A stretch of DNA of 64,000 bases from an uncultured Desulfospira sp. (lineage in GTDB: Bacteria; Desulfobacterota; Desulfobacteria; Desulfobacterales; Desulfobacteraceae). Location: NCBI GenBank assembly GCA_963663165.1, contig OY760175.1, positions 3,296,001 to 3,360,000 on the forward strand. The letters run 5' to 3'. Under the pieces are notes generated by a model that did no database searches, had not been told where the DNA came from, and saw only the letters and a list, made by a program, of their open reading frames with translations. Shown piece by piece: positions 31,101 to 39,810 of the stretch (within the stretch, counting starts at the first letter, position 1; the number at the start of each line of letters is the position of its first letter). Both the position numbers and the translations under genes were made by a program.

Positions 31101-31322
31101 CTGGACGGCTCCTGCGCCCCTTCCACCTGCGTTGAAGAGAGCAGAATCCTGCCGTTAAAGCAGATGGAGACCCAGCATATTCTGGCGGCCCTGTCCAGAT
31201 GCCGCGGCAAGGTCAGCGGTCCCAGCGGGGCGGCTGAGCTGCTTGAAATCAAGCCCACCACCCTGCATTCCAAAATGAAGCGGCTGGGCATCAAACGGGA
31301 CACCTTTCAGGTCGAAGCATAA
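28179..31322 (+). CDS. Large sigma-54 enhancer-binding protein (helical/TPR-like region, GAF, AAA+, HTH)
   Basis: GETGVGKD, GAFTGA, WPGNIREL, GAAELL HTH; GAF-like AERGAIFL...QAAVALAN; start 28158 or 28179. Confidence 0.92.
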   Translation: MGTIEEHFYAIDKESREIGLFTCLIPPPVSLDALCFITQYSPVKTLQVVEGFVKTGHLLRDDEKGAGYYCLSDVKRAPAWVGQFPPEELALAVDKAVKGLCRYYPDGAKRWLGLANVYQVSGLPVRHFKELIHAGHYCTELNLPAEAAVYYQMALEGMLEARTQLDPAEKEAFIDGAIGVCTCKDSALSPYVQRRFLGQALMFCRGRSEPAREIRLRTMVAKTYIKTDESDEAARQLKQAWDMLENAELSHELKIQVALAYSELLFWKGFVTRAIERYESVITDHEQLPNDVETLKGCIRLGWTYGVAGETARGLGLIRTVRNKARELGAKTLELYATLYMVILLSDAGRIEEGEVFLDEVFQAPEDQLDNYIRWPGNGKRAFFAYCRGDYEKSFYYLGQAWENSKALETPHQRGPDNLEFMLGLEELGMVHPEWNFDTEIERLLNWPDIYMKGVGYRFRALKSYRHHGPSDSVKDDLKKSLVLLTRAGAKIELSHAQVLMARVRLGEKNIQAAEKLLKSAWEVFSKVNPKLMPQDLQTYLDPASKNALWVDSLLQVGDALGSIRTRRELLGQIIKQAMRLAGAERGAIFLQQGRDLEIVATRNIETREISSNHFSLQMKVIKNVFKTGSEIIRKASLIQLAKNINQSPSGWTGCFPIQLKARTLGVLFMDCGLTRLQLPDDEVSLLRIICNQAAVALANLEAYEEILDLNNELEAETLSYRAPIEPGLVHTKMIGRTPPFEKMLGLIRQVAGSDSTVMITGETGVGKDLVAQAIHRHSKRSGGPFIAVNVVSLSPELIASELFGHEKGAFTGASGTRKGRFELASDGTLFLDDIDAFSLDIQAKMLRVLEAREFERVGGTRTLKTRFRLVAASNRNIEDLVDQGLFRSDFYFRLNVFPIRVPPLRERKDDIPLLGRYFMDKFCRKFEKKFDQISRKDLEMLMNYHWPGNIRELRHVIERAVLLSSNGRLVIPPLDGSCAPSTCVEESRILPLKQMETQHILAALSRCRGKVSGPSGAAELLEIKPTTLHSKMKRLGIKRDTFQVEA

Positions 31323-31325
31323 AAA

Positions 31326-31452
31326 TTCACGAAATAAAGTAACTTCACGAATTAATGGCAATACCGGCACCCATATCTTTTCGCCACTTATTCTGTAACC
31401 ATTCAATATTAAAAGTTATTTTTTTATTTTTAAAACTGGCACGGGTCTTGCT
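31326..31452 (+). promoter_or_regulatory. Sigma-54 promoter with upstream tandem UAS-like repeats
   Basis: TGGCAC-GGGTC-TTGCT at 31437-31452; TTCACGAA at 31326 and 31344. Confidence 0.85.
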
Positions 31453-31562
31453 CATACCAAGGGGCAGTTGGGTTGAGTGTTTTTGTTGAGTGTTTTTTTA
31501 TTAATCGTACATCGGACAGGATAGCCTGCCGGTTACACCAAATAAGTATGGAGGAAAGTTGA

Positions 31563-32930
31563 ATGGAGACTCATAAACCACCCTTAAAAAAATCCGTTAT
31601 CAATTTGTACGGATTGCCGTCGTTCGGGTTTAACCTTTTTGTCAGCATGGAAATCTTTTTCTTTGCTGCGTTTCTGACTGATTTTGCAAAAATTCCTGTG
31701 GCCATGGCCGGGACAGTGCTCATGATCACCAGTATTTTTGATATTGTCTGGGTGCCCACGGCAGGGGTGATCATCGAAAAAAGCAACATGCGCTGGGGCC
31801 GTTACCGTTCCTGGCTGCTCATCGGCCCGCCACTGGCCACACTCTTCTTCATCCTGCAATTCTCTAAAATCGGTGACCCCACCATGAACGCCGTCTTGAT
31901 TTGCGTGGGCTTCATCGTTTCTCACCTGATCTGGAACATTTTTTATGCCTCCCATATCGCAATGAACAACTCCCTGACCACTATCCGGGAGGAGCGAATC
32001 TCCATGGCATCCAACCGGGGCATGTTCAATGCCATCGGCGCCATTGCCTTTTCCATGGTCGGGGCCAAGACCATTGATCTGTTAGGAAACGGAGATAAGG
32101 CCATGGGATGCACCCTGACCGTTATCGCCGCCGGCATCCTGATGATCTTCTGCTACTGGGTCATCTTTGCCATGACCAAAGATTATGCCTATCATCCGAA
32201 AGCTGCCGGTACTTCTGAGGCTGCAAAAGCCGATAAAATGCCCGTTAGTGAAATGCTCAAACAAATCATTGTCAACCCGCCCCTGATTGGCCTTATGCTG
32301 GCGGAGTTAGGGCGGTACCTGGGACGGTTTATCATTTTCGGACTGGCCTTCTACTACTTTAAATATGTGGTTAACAGCCTGGCCTCTATTGCCATCTTCT
32401 TTACCGGCCTGAACGTGGTCTGTTTTTTCGGCGCCATGGCCACGGCCCCCCTGGCCAAAAAATTCGGCGAACGGAACACCTACATGCTGTCACTGGCCAT
32501 TTTCATTATCGGTTTGATGGCGGTCTGGATCATGCCCATGAACCATATGTCCTTTATGGTTGTCATGTTTGTGGCCTATCTGGGATACGGCATGCCCGAT
32601 GCCCTCAGTGTTGCCATGTATTCGGCCACCGTGGATTACGGTGAGTGGAAAACCGGGAAAAACGCCAGGGGATTTATCATGTCCCTGATCAGTTTCCCCA
32701 TTAAAACCGCTATCTTTGTCAGAAGCGTTGTGATCACCGGGATCCTCGTATCCGCCGGCTATGTGGCGGATATGGCGGCCACACCTGAACTGATTCAGGG
32801 GATCAAAAACGGAATCGCTTTGGTGCCGGCACTGTTTATCGGTGCAGGCCTTGTCATCATTCTGCTGCTTTACCGGATTACGCCCGAAAAGCTGCAGCAA
32901 ATGCAAGAGGAGATTGCCTCCCGTAAATAA
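31563..32930 (+). CDS. MFS transporter, glycoside-pentoside-hexuronide (MelB-like) family
   Basis: WGRYRSWLL, ERISMASNR, VDYGEWKTG; about 12 TMs. Confidence 0.9.
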   Translation: METHKPPLKKSVINLYGLPSFGFNLFVSMEIFFFAAFLTDFAKIPVAMAGTVLMITSIFDIVWVPTAGVIIEKSNMRWGRYRSWLLIGPPLATLFFILQFSKIGDPTMNAVLICVGFIVSHLIWNIFYASHIAMNNSLTTIREERISMASNRGMFNAIGAIAFSMVGAKTIDLLGNGDKAMGCTLTVIAAGILMIFCYWVIFAMTKDYAYHPKAAGTSEAAKADKMPVSEMLKQIIVNPPLIGLMLAELGRYLGRFIIFGLAFYYFKYVVNSLASIAIFFTGLNVVCFFGAMATAPLAKKFGERNTYMLSLAIFIIGLMAVWIMPMNHMSFMVVMFVAYLGYGMPDALSVAMYSATVDYGEWKTGKNARGFIMSLISFPIKTAIFVRSVVITGILVSAGYVADMAATPELIQGIKNGIALVPALFIGAGLVIILLLYRITPEKLQQMQEEIASRK

Positions 32931-32940
32931 GGCGGCTTAA

Positions 32941-32991
32941 GGGAAGCCTGATGCTTCAGGCAGGTTACCTAAGGACAGGCTTCCCTTTTTC
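32941..32991 (+). terminator. Intrinsic terminator/attenuator after the MFS gene
   Basis: GGGAAGCCTG...CAGGCTTCCC followed by a T tract. Confidence 0.6.
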
Positions 32992-33112
32992 ATCACTCGC
33001 GAAAGCCCAATTAACGAAAATATGACATAAAACCGCAAAAGGGCCCTAAGGCCATACAAAAATTTTATACCGGGGACCGTGTCCCCCCTGACAATACAGA
33101 AGGAGTAAACAG

Positions 33113-33916
33113 ATGATCATCATAGGAGAAAAGATCAATGGTGCCATCCCTTCCGTGGCAGAGGCCATTGCCAAAAAGGATGGTGAATTCATCAAAAACC
33201 TGGCCAAAACCCAATCTGATGCCGGTTCTCATTTTATTGATGTCTGTGCATCCACCGATGTCAAAATCGAACTTGAGACCATGAAATGGCTCATCGATCT
33301 GGTCCAGGAAGTCACTGACACCCCCATTGCCGTAGACAGCCCCGATGCCGGGATCTGTGCTGCGGCCATGGACTTTTGCAACAAGCCCGGCCTGATCAAT
33401 TCCGTATCCATGGAAGGGGACAAAATAGATGTGGTGTTCCCTAAAATCACCGGTACCAAATGGGAATGCGCGGCCCTGCTTTGCGATGACACCGGGATTC
33501 CCAAAACCGGAGAAAAACGTCTGGAAGTTTTTGAAGACATCATGAAAAAGGCCAAAGAATATAACATCGACCCTTCCCGCCTGCACATTGACCCCCTGGT
33601 AGAAATGCTCTGTACTTCTGAAGACGGCATCAATACCATTCTGGACGTGATGAAAACCATTAAAAAGCAATACCCCACCATCCACATCACCGGCGGGGCC
33701 AGCAATATTTCCTTTAACCTGCCGGCCAGAAAATTTGTCAACCAGGCCTTTCTTATCCTGGCCATGGGGGCCGGTATGGACAGCGCCATTATCAACCCCT
33801 TGCACAAACACATGATGGGGCTGATCTATGCCACCGAAGCCCTCAAGGGATTGGACGAGTACTGCATGGAATATATTAACGGATACAGAGACGGGCTGTT
33901 TGGCCCTGTAAAATAG
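33113..33916 (+). CDS. Methyltetrahydrofolate:corrinoid methyltransferase (pterin-binding, AcsE/MT2-like)
   Basis: MIIIGEKIN, AVDSP, LINSVS, IDPLV, GASNISFNLP. Confidence 0.92.
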   Translation: MIIIGEKINGAIPSVAEAIAKKDGEFIKNLAKTQSDAGSHFIDVCASTDVKIELETMKWLIDLVQEVTDTPIAVDSPDAGICAAAMDFCNKPGLINSVSMEGDKIDVVFPKITGTKWECAALLCDDTGIPKTGEKRLEVFEDIMKKAKEYNIDPSRLHIDPLVEMLCTSEDGINTILDVMKTIKKQYPTIHITGGASNISFNLPARKFVNQAFLILAMGAGMDSAIINPLHKHMMGLIYATEALKGLDEYCMEYINGYRDGLFGPVK

Positions 33917-33973
33917 TAGTCCGTTTGATGTTTAAAACGATTAACACATAAGCAAGATGTAAGGATATACAAC

Positions 33974-34612
33974 ATGTCTAAAATAGAAGAAGTCAAAACA
34001 AATGTGGAAAAAGGCAAAACCAAACTGGTCCCCGGACTGGTTCAGGAGGCCATTGATGAGGGGGATAAGCCCTCAGACATTCTCCAGGCAATGGTGGACG
34101 GTATGGGCGTGGTGGGAGACAAGTTTTCCGCCGGCACCATTTTTGTTCCTGAAATGCTGATCGCTGCCAAGGCCATGGCCAAAGGCGTTGAAATCCTCAA
34201 GCCCCTCATGGCCGGTGAAGACAGCGGACCCTCCCTGGGGACATGTATCATCGGAACCGTTCAGGGGGACCTTCACGATATCGGCAAAAACCTGGTGGCC
34301 ATGATGGTGGAAAGTGCGGGATTCAACATGATTGATCTCGGGGTGGACGTGTCTCCGGAAAAGTTCATCGACGCCATTAAATCCAATGAACACGTGACCC
34401 TGGTGGCCTGTTCCGGACTGTTGTCCACCACCATGCCGGCCTTGAAAGATACCGTGGAACAGATTAAATCCTGCGGTGTCAACGGATTTAAGGTGATCGT
34501 CGGGGGGGCCCCCGTGACCCAGGCCTTTGCCGATGAAATCGGTGCGGACGGCTATGCGGCGGATGCCGGCGGTGCAGCCATCAAAGCCAAAGCGCTTGTC
34601 ACCGCAGCCTAA
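33974..34612 (+). CDS. Corrinoid (B12-binding) protein
   Basis: FVPEML cap; GDLHDIGKNLV (DxHxxG); IVGGAP. Confidence 0.95.
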   Translation: MSKIEEVKTNVEKGKTKLVPGLVQEAIDEGDKPSDILQAMVDGMGVVGDKFSAGTIFVPEMLIAAKAMAKGVEILKPLMAGEDSGPSLGTCIIGTVQGDLHDIGKNLVAMMVESAGFNMIDLGVDVSPEKFIDAIKSNEHVTLVACSGLLSTTMPALKDTVEQIKSCGVNGFKVIVGGAPVTQAFADEIGADGYAADAGGAAIKAKALVTAA

Positions 34613-34636
34613 CTGAATAATAAGGAGGTTCACATC

Positions 34637-35614
34637 ATGTTGACCAAACGACAAAACCTGATTGAAACCATGAAAGGCGGGAATCCGGACCGGTTCGTCA
34701 ACCAGTACGAATTTATGGATATCATCCTGGAAGCACCGCGCAGAATTAAACCCCAGCCCGGGCAGACCATTGTCAATGAATGGGGCATTACCTACAGCTG
34801 GCCCAAAGACCAGTTGGGCGCATTCCCCGTGCATACCGAAGAACTCAAAGCACTTAAAGACATCACCAGGTGGAAAGAACAAATCAAGGTGCCTTCAGTG
34901 ATTTTCCCGGAAGATCAATGGGAGGCCGCCATAAAGCATGCCCGGTCCGTGGATAGAAATGACAAATACGTGGCCATCTTTTATGCCCCCGGTATTTTTG
35001 AAATGACCCATAGTCTTATGGGGATGGAAGACGCCATGATGGGGCTTTACGAAGAACCTGAACATATGGTCGAGCTCATTGATATGCTCTGTGAGTATGA
35101 AATTGCCCATGCCAAAGAGGTGGTCAAGTATCTTAAACCCGATGCCCTGTTCCACCATGACGACTGGGGCAGCCAGATCTCGTCTTTCATGTCCCCGGAT
35201 ATGTTTGAGGAATTTTATGTGCCGGCGTACAAGAAGGTCTATGGATTCTGGAAAGACAACGGGGTTGAGCTCATCGTCCACCACAGTGACTCCTACGCGG
35301 CCAACCTGGTGCCCTTTATGATTGAAATGGGAATTGATATCTGGCAGGGGGTGATGACCACCAACAACACCCCGGAGCTGATCAAGCAGTATGGCGGGCA
35401 GATCACCTTTATGGGGCAGCTGGATTCAGGGCCCTTGGACAACCAGGACTGGTGTGAGGAAGCCATTGAAAAAGCCGTGGAAAAAGTCTGCACCGAATGT
35501 GGTAAACAGTATTTCATCCCCTGCCTGACCCAGGGGCTTCATTTCAGCTCTTTCCCCGGCGTTTATGATGCCGCCACAAAGGCCATCGATAAAATGAGCA
35601 AAAAAATGTTCTAA
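34637..35614 (+). CDS. UroD-fold methyltransferase (substrate:corrinoid MT1, O-demethylase-like)
   Basis: HHDDWG, FMSP..FEEF, HHSD, GIDIWQG; operon with corrinoid protein and MT2. Confidence 0.8.
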   Translation: MLTKRQNLIETMKGGNPDRFVNQYEFMDIILEAPRRIKPQPGQTIVNEWGITYSWPKDQLGAFPVHTEELKALKDITRWKEQIKVPSVIFPEDQWEAAIKHARSVDRNDKYVAIFYAPGIFEMTHSLMGMEDAMMGLYEEPEHMVELIDMLCEYEIAHAKEVVKYLKPDALFHHDDWGSQISSFMSPDMFEEFYVPAYKKVYGFWKDNGVELIVHHSDSYAANLVPFMIEMGIDIWQGVMTTNNTPELIKQYGGQITFMGQLDSGPLDNQDWCEEAIEKAVEKVCTECGKQYFIPCLTQGLHFSSFPGVYDAATKAIDKMSKKMF

Positions 35615-35650
35615 GCATTAGACCATTCACTTTGGCAGGCTCGAAAAGAT

Positions 35651-35727
35651 GGAGACCGGAAACGGGAAACTGGAGACTGGATGTTACGCATCCGGTTTCC
35701 TGTCTTCGGTTTCCGGTCTCCTTTTTT
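35651..35727 (+). terminator. Heptamer-repeat hairpin with T tract
   Basis: (GGARACN)x4, loop, reverse-complement repeats, TTTTTT. Confidence 0.65.
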
Positions 35728-36076
35728 CATTGGCCACCTGTACACACCTATTCTTACTTTAAAAAATTAATTCGTTAAATTTGCCCTTGCATTTAATCCT
35801 GCTTTGGCTCGAATTCATGGGCTGAACCAAGCGCAAAATTAAGCACTGTTCATGCGGGTGCAAAAGAATATTTTTTGTTAACAGCCAGTTAAAAAAGGCC
35901 TGTGGTTTTTCCAACCCCTTGGGTCGTATTTTCATTCCCGGTGACCCGGATGTTTCGCCGGTGCGTTCCTGGCAAACAGGCGGTCATGGATTATTTTTTC
36001 ATGTCAATTTGGATAGCCTTTCGCAAGTGAATGTGTTATTTATTACACAATTCAACTTCAAAAGGAGGATCACCCT

Positions 36077-37333
36077 ATGTTCAGAAAAAATATTGTTCTA
36101 AATTTTATTTTAATTGCAGGCCTTTGTGCCATGATGCTTCAATTTTACGGCTGCAGCGGAATGATGAAAGCAAACCATTTGATTGCGCAGGAAAAATATG
36201 ATGAAGCCATACCGGTCTTGAAAGAACAGATCGCCGAAAACCCGGACTCTGTCCAAGCAAAAAACAGGCTTGGATTTGCCTATTTAAAAACCGGCCGGAT
36301 GGATGAGGCCATTCAGGAATTTGAGGAGGTTTTAAATTTATCACCTGGCGAACCCGAGGCTGTTTTATACCTGGGAATGGCCTATCTGAATAAGGAAGAG
36401 CTGGACAAGGCCATAGACACCTGGCAGGGATACAGAAATGACAAAGCGCCCCTGGTAGAAGAAGAAATTAACCGCCTGATGACCATCCTGCTCATCGCCC
36501 AGAGTCAACAGTCGGCCAAGACAGCCATTGCACAGGAGTCTCAGCTGAGCGCTAAAAAGGCTGATGCCAATTCAATTGCCGTGTGTTATTTCAACGACCT
36601 TTCAGCAGACAAATCCCTGGGGGCTTTCCAGAAAGGCCTGGCCGCAATGGTCACCACAGATCTATCCAAACTTGGAAAATTTAAAGTCGTTGAGCGCCTG
36701 CGCCTTCAGGCGTTGCTGCAGGAAATGAAATTGGGACAAACCGGTATCGTTGACCCAAGTACGGCCCCGAGAATCGGAAAGCTTCTCGGCACCGAAACCC
36801 TGGTGACGGGGAACCTGTCTTTAGGCAGCATCCGGGTGGTCACCTCCTTGTCCTCCTCAAGCAGAGAAAAAGTGGTGGGATCTGCCAATATCAGGGTGGC
36901 CCAGGAAGATTTTTATAACCTGCCGGGACAGATTATCCAGAACTGTGCCGATATTCTCGGAATAAAGTTGAATGCCATGGAGCAGAAAGCCATCCATGTG
37001 CCCCATACAAAAGTTTATAAGGCGTTTATTCACTATGGCCAGGCCATTGATGCTTTGGATGCCGGGAAGTGGCAGGATGCCAAAAACTTTTTTGAAATGG
37101 CGTTAAAAGCAGACCCCAATTTCGATCTTGCCAAAATGGGAAGTGATTCATGTCCTGGACCTGCCGCACCTGGAGTGAATGCCATCAGCGCGATGACGGT
37201 TTCCAATATCGCACAACAGGCTGCGACTTCGGTCTCTACGGCTGAAGAAGCACAGGAAAGTGCGAATTCCGAGGCCAGCGGCTCCGGCGGGTTCGGCTCA
37301 AGCGACAGCGATGGCGGTGGAGGATCATATTGA
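36077..37333 (+). CDS. Lipoprotein with TPR repeats and CsgG/TolB_N-like domain
   Basis: Lipobox FYGC; TPRs (LGFAYLKTGRMDEA); IAVCYF...VVERLRLQALLQEM...RIGKLLG. Confidence 0.8.
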   Translation: MFRKNIVLNFILIAGLCAMMLQFYGCSGMMKANHLIAQEKYDEAIPVLKEQIAENPDSVQAKNRLGFAYLKTGRMDEAIQEFEEVLNLSPGEPEAVLYLGMAYLNKEELDKAIDTWQGYRNDKAPLVEEEINRLMTILLIAQSQQSAKTAIAQESQLSAKKADANSIAVCYFNDLSADKSLGAFQKGLAAMVTTDLSKLGKFKVVERLRLQALLQEMKLGQTGIVDPSTAPRIGKLLGTETLVTGNLSLGSIRVVTSLSSSSREKVVGSANIRVAQEDFYNLPGQIIQNCADILGIKLNAMEQKAIHVPHTKVYKAFIHYGQAIDALDAGKWQDAKNFFEMALKADPNFDLAKMGSDSCPGPAAPGVNAISAMTVSNIAQQAATSVSTAEEAQESANSEASGSGGFGSSDSDGGGGSY

Positions 37334-37453
37334 TCCCTTTTGTACCGTCAATACGGTTTTGATCATGAATATTTAACATAAAGGCAGGGCCGGTTGTTTC
37401 AAGGCCTTGCCTTAGACATCAGGCCTGTCAAGAAAAATAGAGGAGAGCTGTTT

Positions 37454-38173
37454 ATGAAAATTATCAGTAAGACTGTGACCATGGCAGTGATGGCCGTGCT
37501 TCTGGCAGCATCCGGATGGATCGATGCCGCAGGGGCGGGCACCGTCGGGTCCGGTAATACTGAGGGCGGCCAATCCGTTGAAACGCTGGCTATTTTACCC
37601 TTTGAAAATAATTCCGTGACTGACCCTGACCGATACGCTCCTCTGAGTAAGGGGCTTTCAGCCATGCTGATAACCGATCTTAACAAAAACGCGCCGTCCA
37701 TGAAGCTGATTGAACGCGGAAAGATAGCGGCCCTGTTAAAGGAGGTCGCCTTAAGCCAGAGCGGCGCCGTAGATGATTCCACCGCCGTCCAGGCGGGGAA
37801 AGTTTTAGGGGCCCAGTGTATTGCCTTTGGCTCATTTATGGTCATCGGCAAACAGGTCCGCATTGACACCAGGATCATCAAGGTTGAAACCTCGGCACTG
37901 GTGATGGCTGAATCCATCAGCGGAAAATGCAATGACTTTATGACCCTTGAGCAGGATCTGGCCAAAAAGATCGCAGACTCCTTCAACGTGGGGTTAAACA
38001 CGAAAGACATGAAGTCCGGCAGTGACATTGAAGCGGCGCTTTATTTCTCAGAAGGGCTGGACCTGCTGGATAAAGGGGACAAGGCCGGGGCCAAAAAAAT
38101 GTTCAAAGAATGTATTAAGCTGGATCCCGCTTATAAATCGCAAGTGGACAATGCACAGGGCCAAAAGCTATGA
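37454..38173 (+). CDS. Secreted CsgG/TolB_N/FlgO-like protein with C-terminal TPR
   Basis: Signal peptide; LAILPFEN, LIERGKIAALLKE, GKVLGAQ, RIDTRIIKVET; start ATG 37454 after AGGAG. Confidence 0.8.
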   Translation: MKIISKTVTMAVMAVLLAASGWIDAAGAGTVGSGNTEGGQSVETLAILPFENNSVTDPDRYAPLSKGLSAMLITDLNKNAPSMKLIERGKIAALLKEVALSQSGAVDDSTAVQAGKVLGAQCIAFGSFMVIGKQVRIDTRIIKVETSALVMAESISGKCNDFMTLEQDLAKKIADSFNVGLNTKDMKSGSDIEAALYFSEGLDLLDKGDKAGAKKMFKECIKLDPAYKSQVDNAQGQKL

Positions 38174-39300
38174 AAAAAATACTGTTAATCATCCTGTTTA
38201 TTATGTCTGCTTTTTGTTTGTCCACCGGGGTGCAGGCCGGTGATAAAGTTGTCGAGGCGGAAGGAAGCAGCGATTTATCCCGTGATGATGCGGCCCGGCG
38301 TGCCATGGTCGCTGCCGTGGAACAGGCCGTCGGGGTATTTGTTCATTCTGAGACTGAAGTGGAGAATTTTGAACTCAAAAAAGATAAAATCCTCTCCCGT
38401 ACACAGGGGTATGTTACCCGTTATGATGTCCTCAAGGAGTGGCAGCAGGACGGTGCTTACAATATCCGCGTAAAAGCCACGGTCTCTTTGGATAAGATCA
38501 AAGACGATCTGATTGCCATGAAAATTCTGCTGGACAGTATGGAACGGCCCAAGCTCATGATCCTGATTGAAGAAAAATATGTGGATATGGGTGATATGGG
38601 CATGCGGTTTGCCGAAACAGAGCTTTCCAATATGTTCGTGGCCAAAGGATTTGATCTGGTGGACAAAGCCCAGATTGAACAGATCCAGTCCATGGACCAG
38701 GCCCGCCAGGCCCTGGCCGGAGAAGCCGATGCGGCCAAACAGCTGGGGTTGCAGTTTGGCGCCCAGTATGTGATTCTGGGGAAAGCGGTTCTTCAGGATG
38801 CGGGGGAAGCTTATCCCGGCAGTGGTCTGAAATCAATTCAGGGCAGTCTTCAGGTAAAGGTTCTTCAAACCCATACCGGACTGATGCTGGGCTCTGCGGT
38901 TAAAACCGGCGTTGCCGCACATATCAGTCCGTTAACCGGGGCAACAAAGGCCATGAAGGATGCCGCCGGCAAAGCAATGGATGAATACCTGCTGGATACC
39001 ATTACCAATTCATTCCAGGATTTTCTCAACAACGGCTCCCCTTTGAAGCTTTATGTCTCCGGGGTTAAATCCTTTCAAACATATAAGCAGGTCGCCGCCG
39101 GTGTTGAATCCCTGGAAAAAATGGTCAGCAGTAAAAAGGACGGCTGGAATAAAGCCGGCGGCGTACTGGTTCTGGACCTTCGGTTTAAAGGCGTCAGTGA
39201 GGAACTGGCCGATCTCCTGGATGGAAAAAAGCTTGCTAAAGGAAGCCTTGAGGTCGTGGACCTGGCACCGGACCGAGTGGATTGCAATTATTTGGAATAA
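38170..39300 (+). CDS. Secreted protein with FlgT N-terminal-like domain
   Basis: VEAEG...AVEQAVGVFVHSETEVENF...GYV...VKATV; following domain with KGFDLVD, GAQYVILG. Confidence 0.7.
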   Translation: MKKILLIILFIMSAFCLSTGVQAGDKVVEAEGSSDLSRDDAARRAMVAAVEQAVGVFVHSETEVENFELKKDKILSRTQGYVTRYDVLKEWQQDGAYNIRVKATVSLDKIKDDLIAMKILLDSMERPKLMILIEEKYVDMGDMGMRFAETELSNMFVAKGFDLVDKAQIEQIQSMDQARQALAGEADAAKQLGLQFGAQYVILGKAVLQDAGEAYPGSGLKSIQGSLQVKVLQTHTGLMLGSAVKTGVAAHISPLTGATKAMKDAAGKAMDEYLLDTITNSFQDFLNNGSPLKLYVSGVKSFQTYKQVAAGVESLEKMVSSKKDGWNKAGGVLVLDLRFKGVSEELADLLDGKKLAKGSLEVVDLAPDRVDCNYLE

Positions 39301-39387
39301 TGGCGGCAGGCGTTTGTTCAGGTTGGCATGAAACAGACGCCTGCCCGGCGATATTGGTTTAACGTCAAAGGAAGTAAGGGACGTTTT

Positions 39388-39789
39388 ATGATCAAGTTGA
39401 TAAAAATTGTGAGTTTTCTCCTATTGGGTTGTCTTTATCTTTCCTGCACGGCTGCGGCTGGAACAAGCCGGTTCTCCAGCCCGCCTAAAACAGTAAAACC
39501 CATTCAATATGAAGTCAGTGATTTATCGGCCAATACCTTTTCAAACAACACCCTTTTGCACGTTTCAGGAAAAATCAAGAACACCTCTTTTTACCCCATA
39601 CAAGGATATGTCATCATTCGGTTTCAAGATATCGGCCATTCGAATCTGGGATATGTAGAAGCAGACTTGAATCAGAACCGCCTTTTGCAGCACAACGAAT
39701 TGGGCGACTTTGAAATCAGCGTCAACATTCAAAATGAACCCGATATCCAGTCTGTATCCGTAGAGTTTGTAAGCACCGTGGGCCGCTGA
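39388..39789 (+). CDS. Exported small beta-sandwich (FxLYD-like) protein
   Basis: Hydrophobic N-terminus; VSGKIKNTS...IRFQD; start 39328 or 39388. Confidence 0.55.
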   Translation: MIKLIKIVSFLLLGCLYLSCTAAAGTSRFSSPPKTVKPIQYEVSDLSANTFSNNTLLHVSGKIKNTSFYPIQGYVIIRFQDIGHSNLGYVEADLNQNRLLQHNELGDFEISVNIQNEPDIQSVSVEFVSTVGR

Positions 39790-39810
39790 CCCGGACATGT
39801 CATGACGTTT

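Noticed and set aside
36009..36026. Sigma-54 promoter for the TPR-CsgG operon (TGGATA-GCCTT-TCGCA)
   Set aside because: Spacing fits but the match to TGGCAC/TTGC is poor
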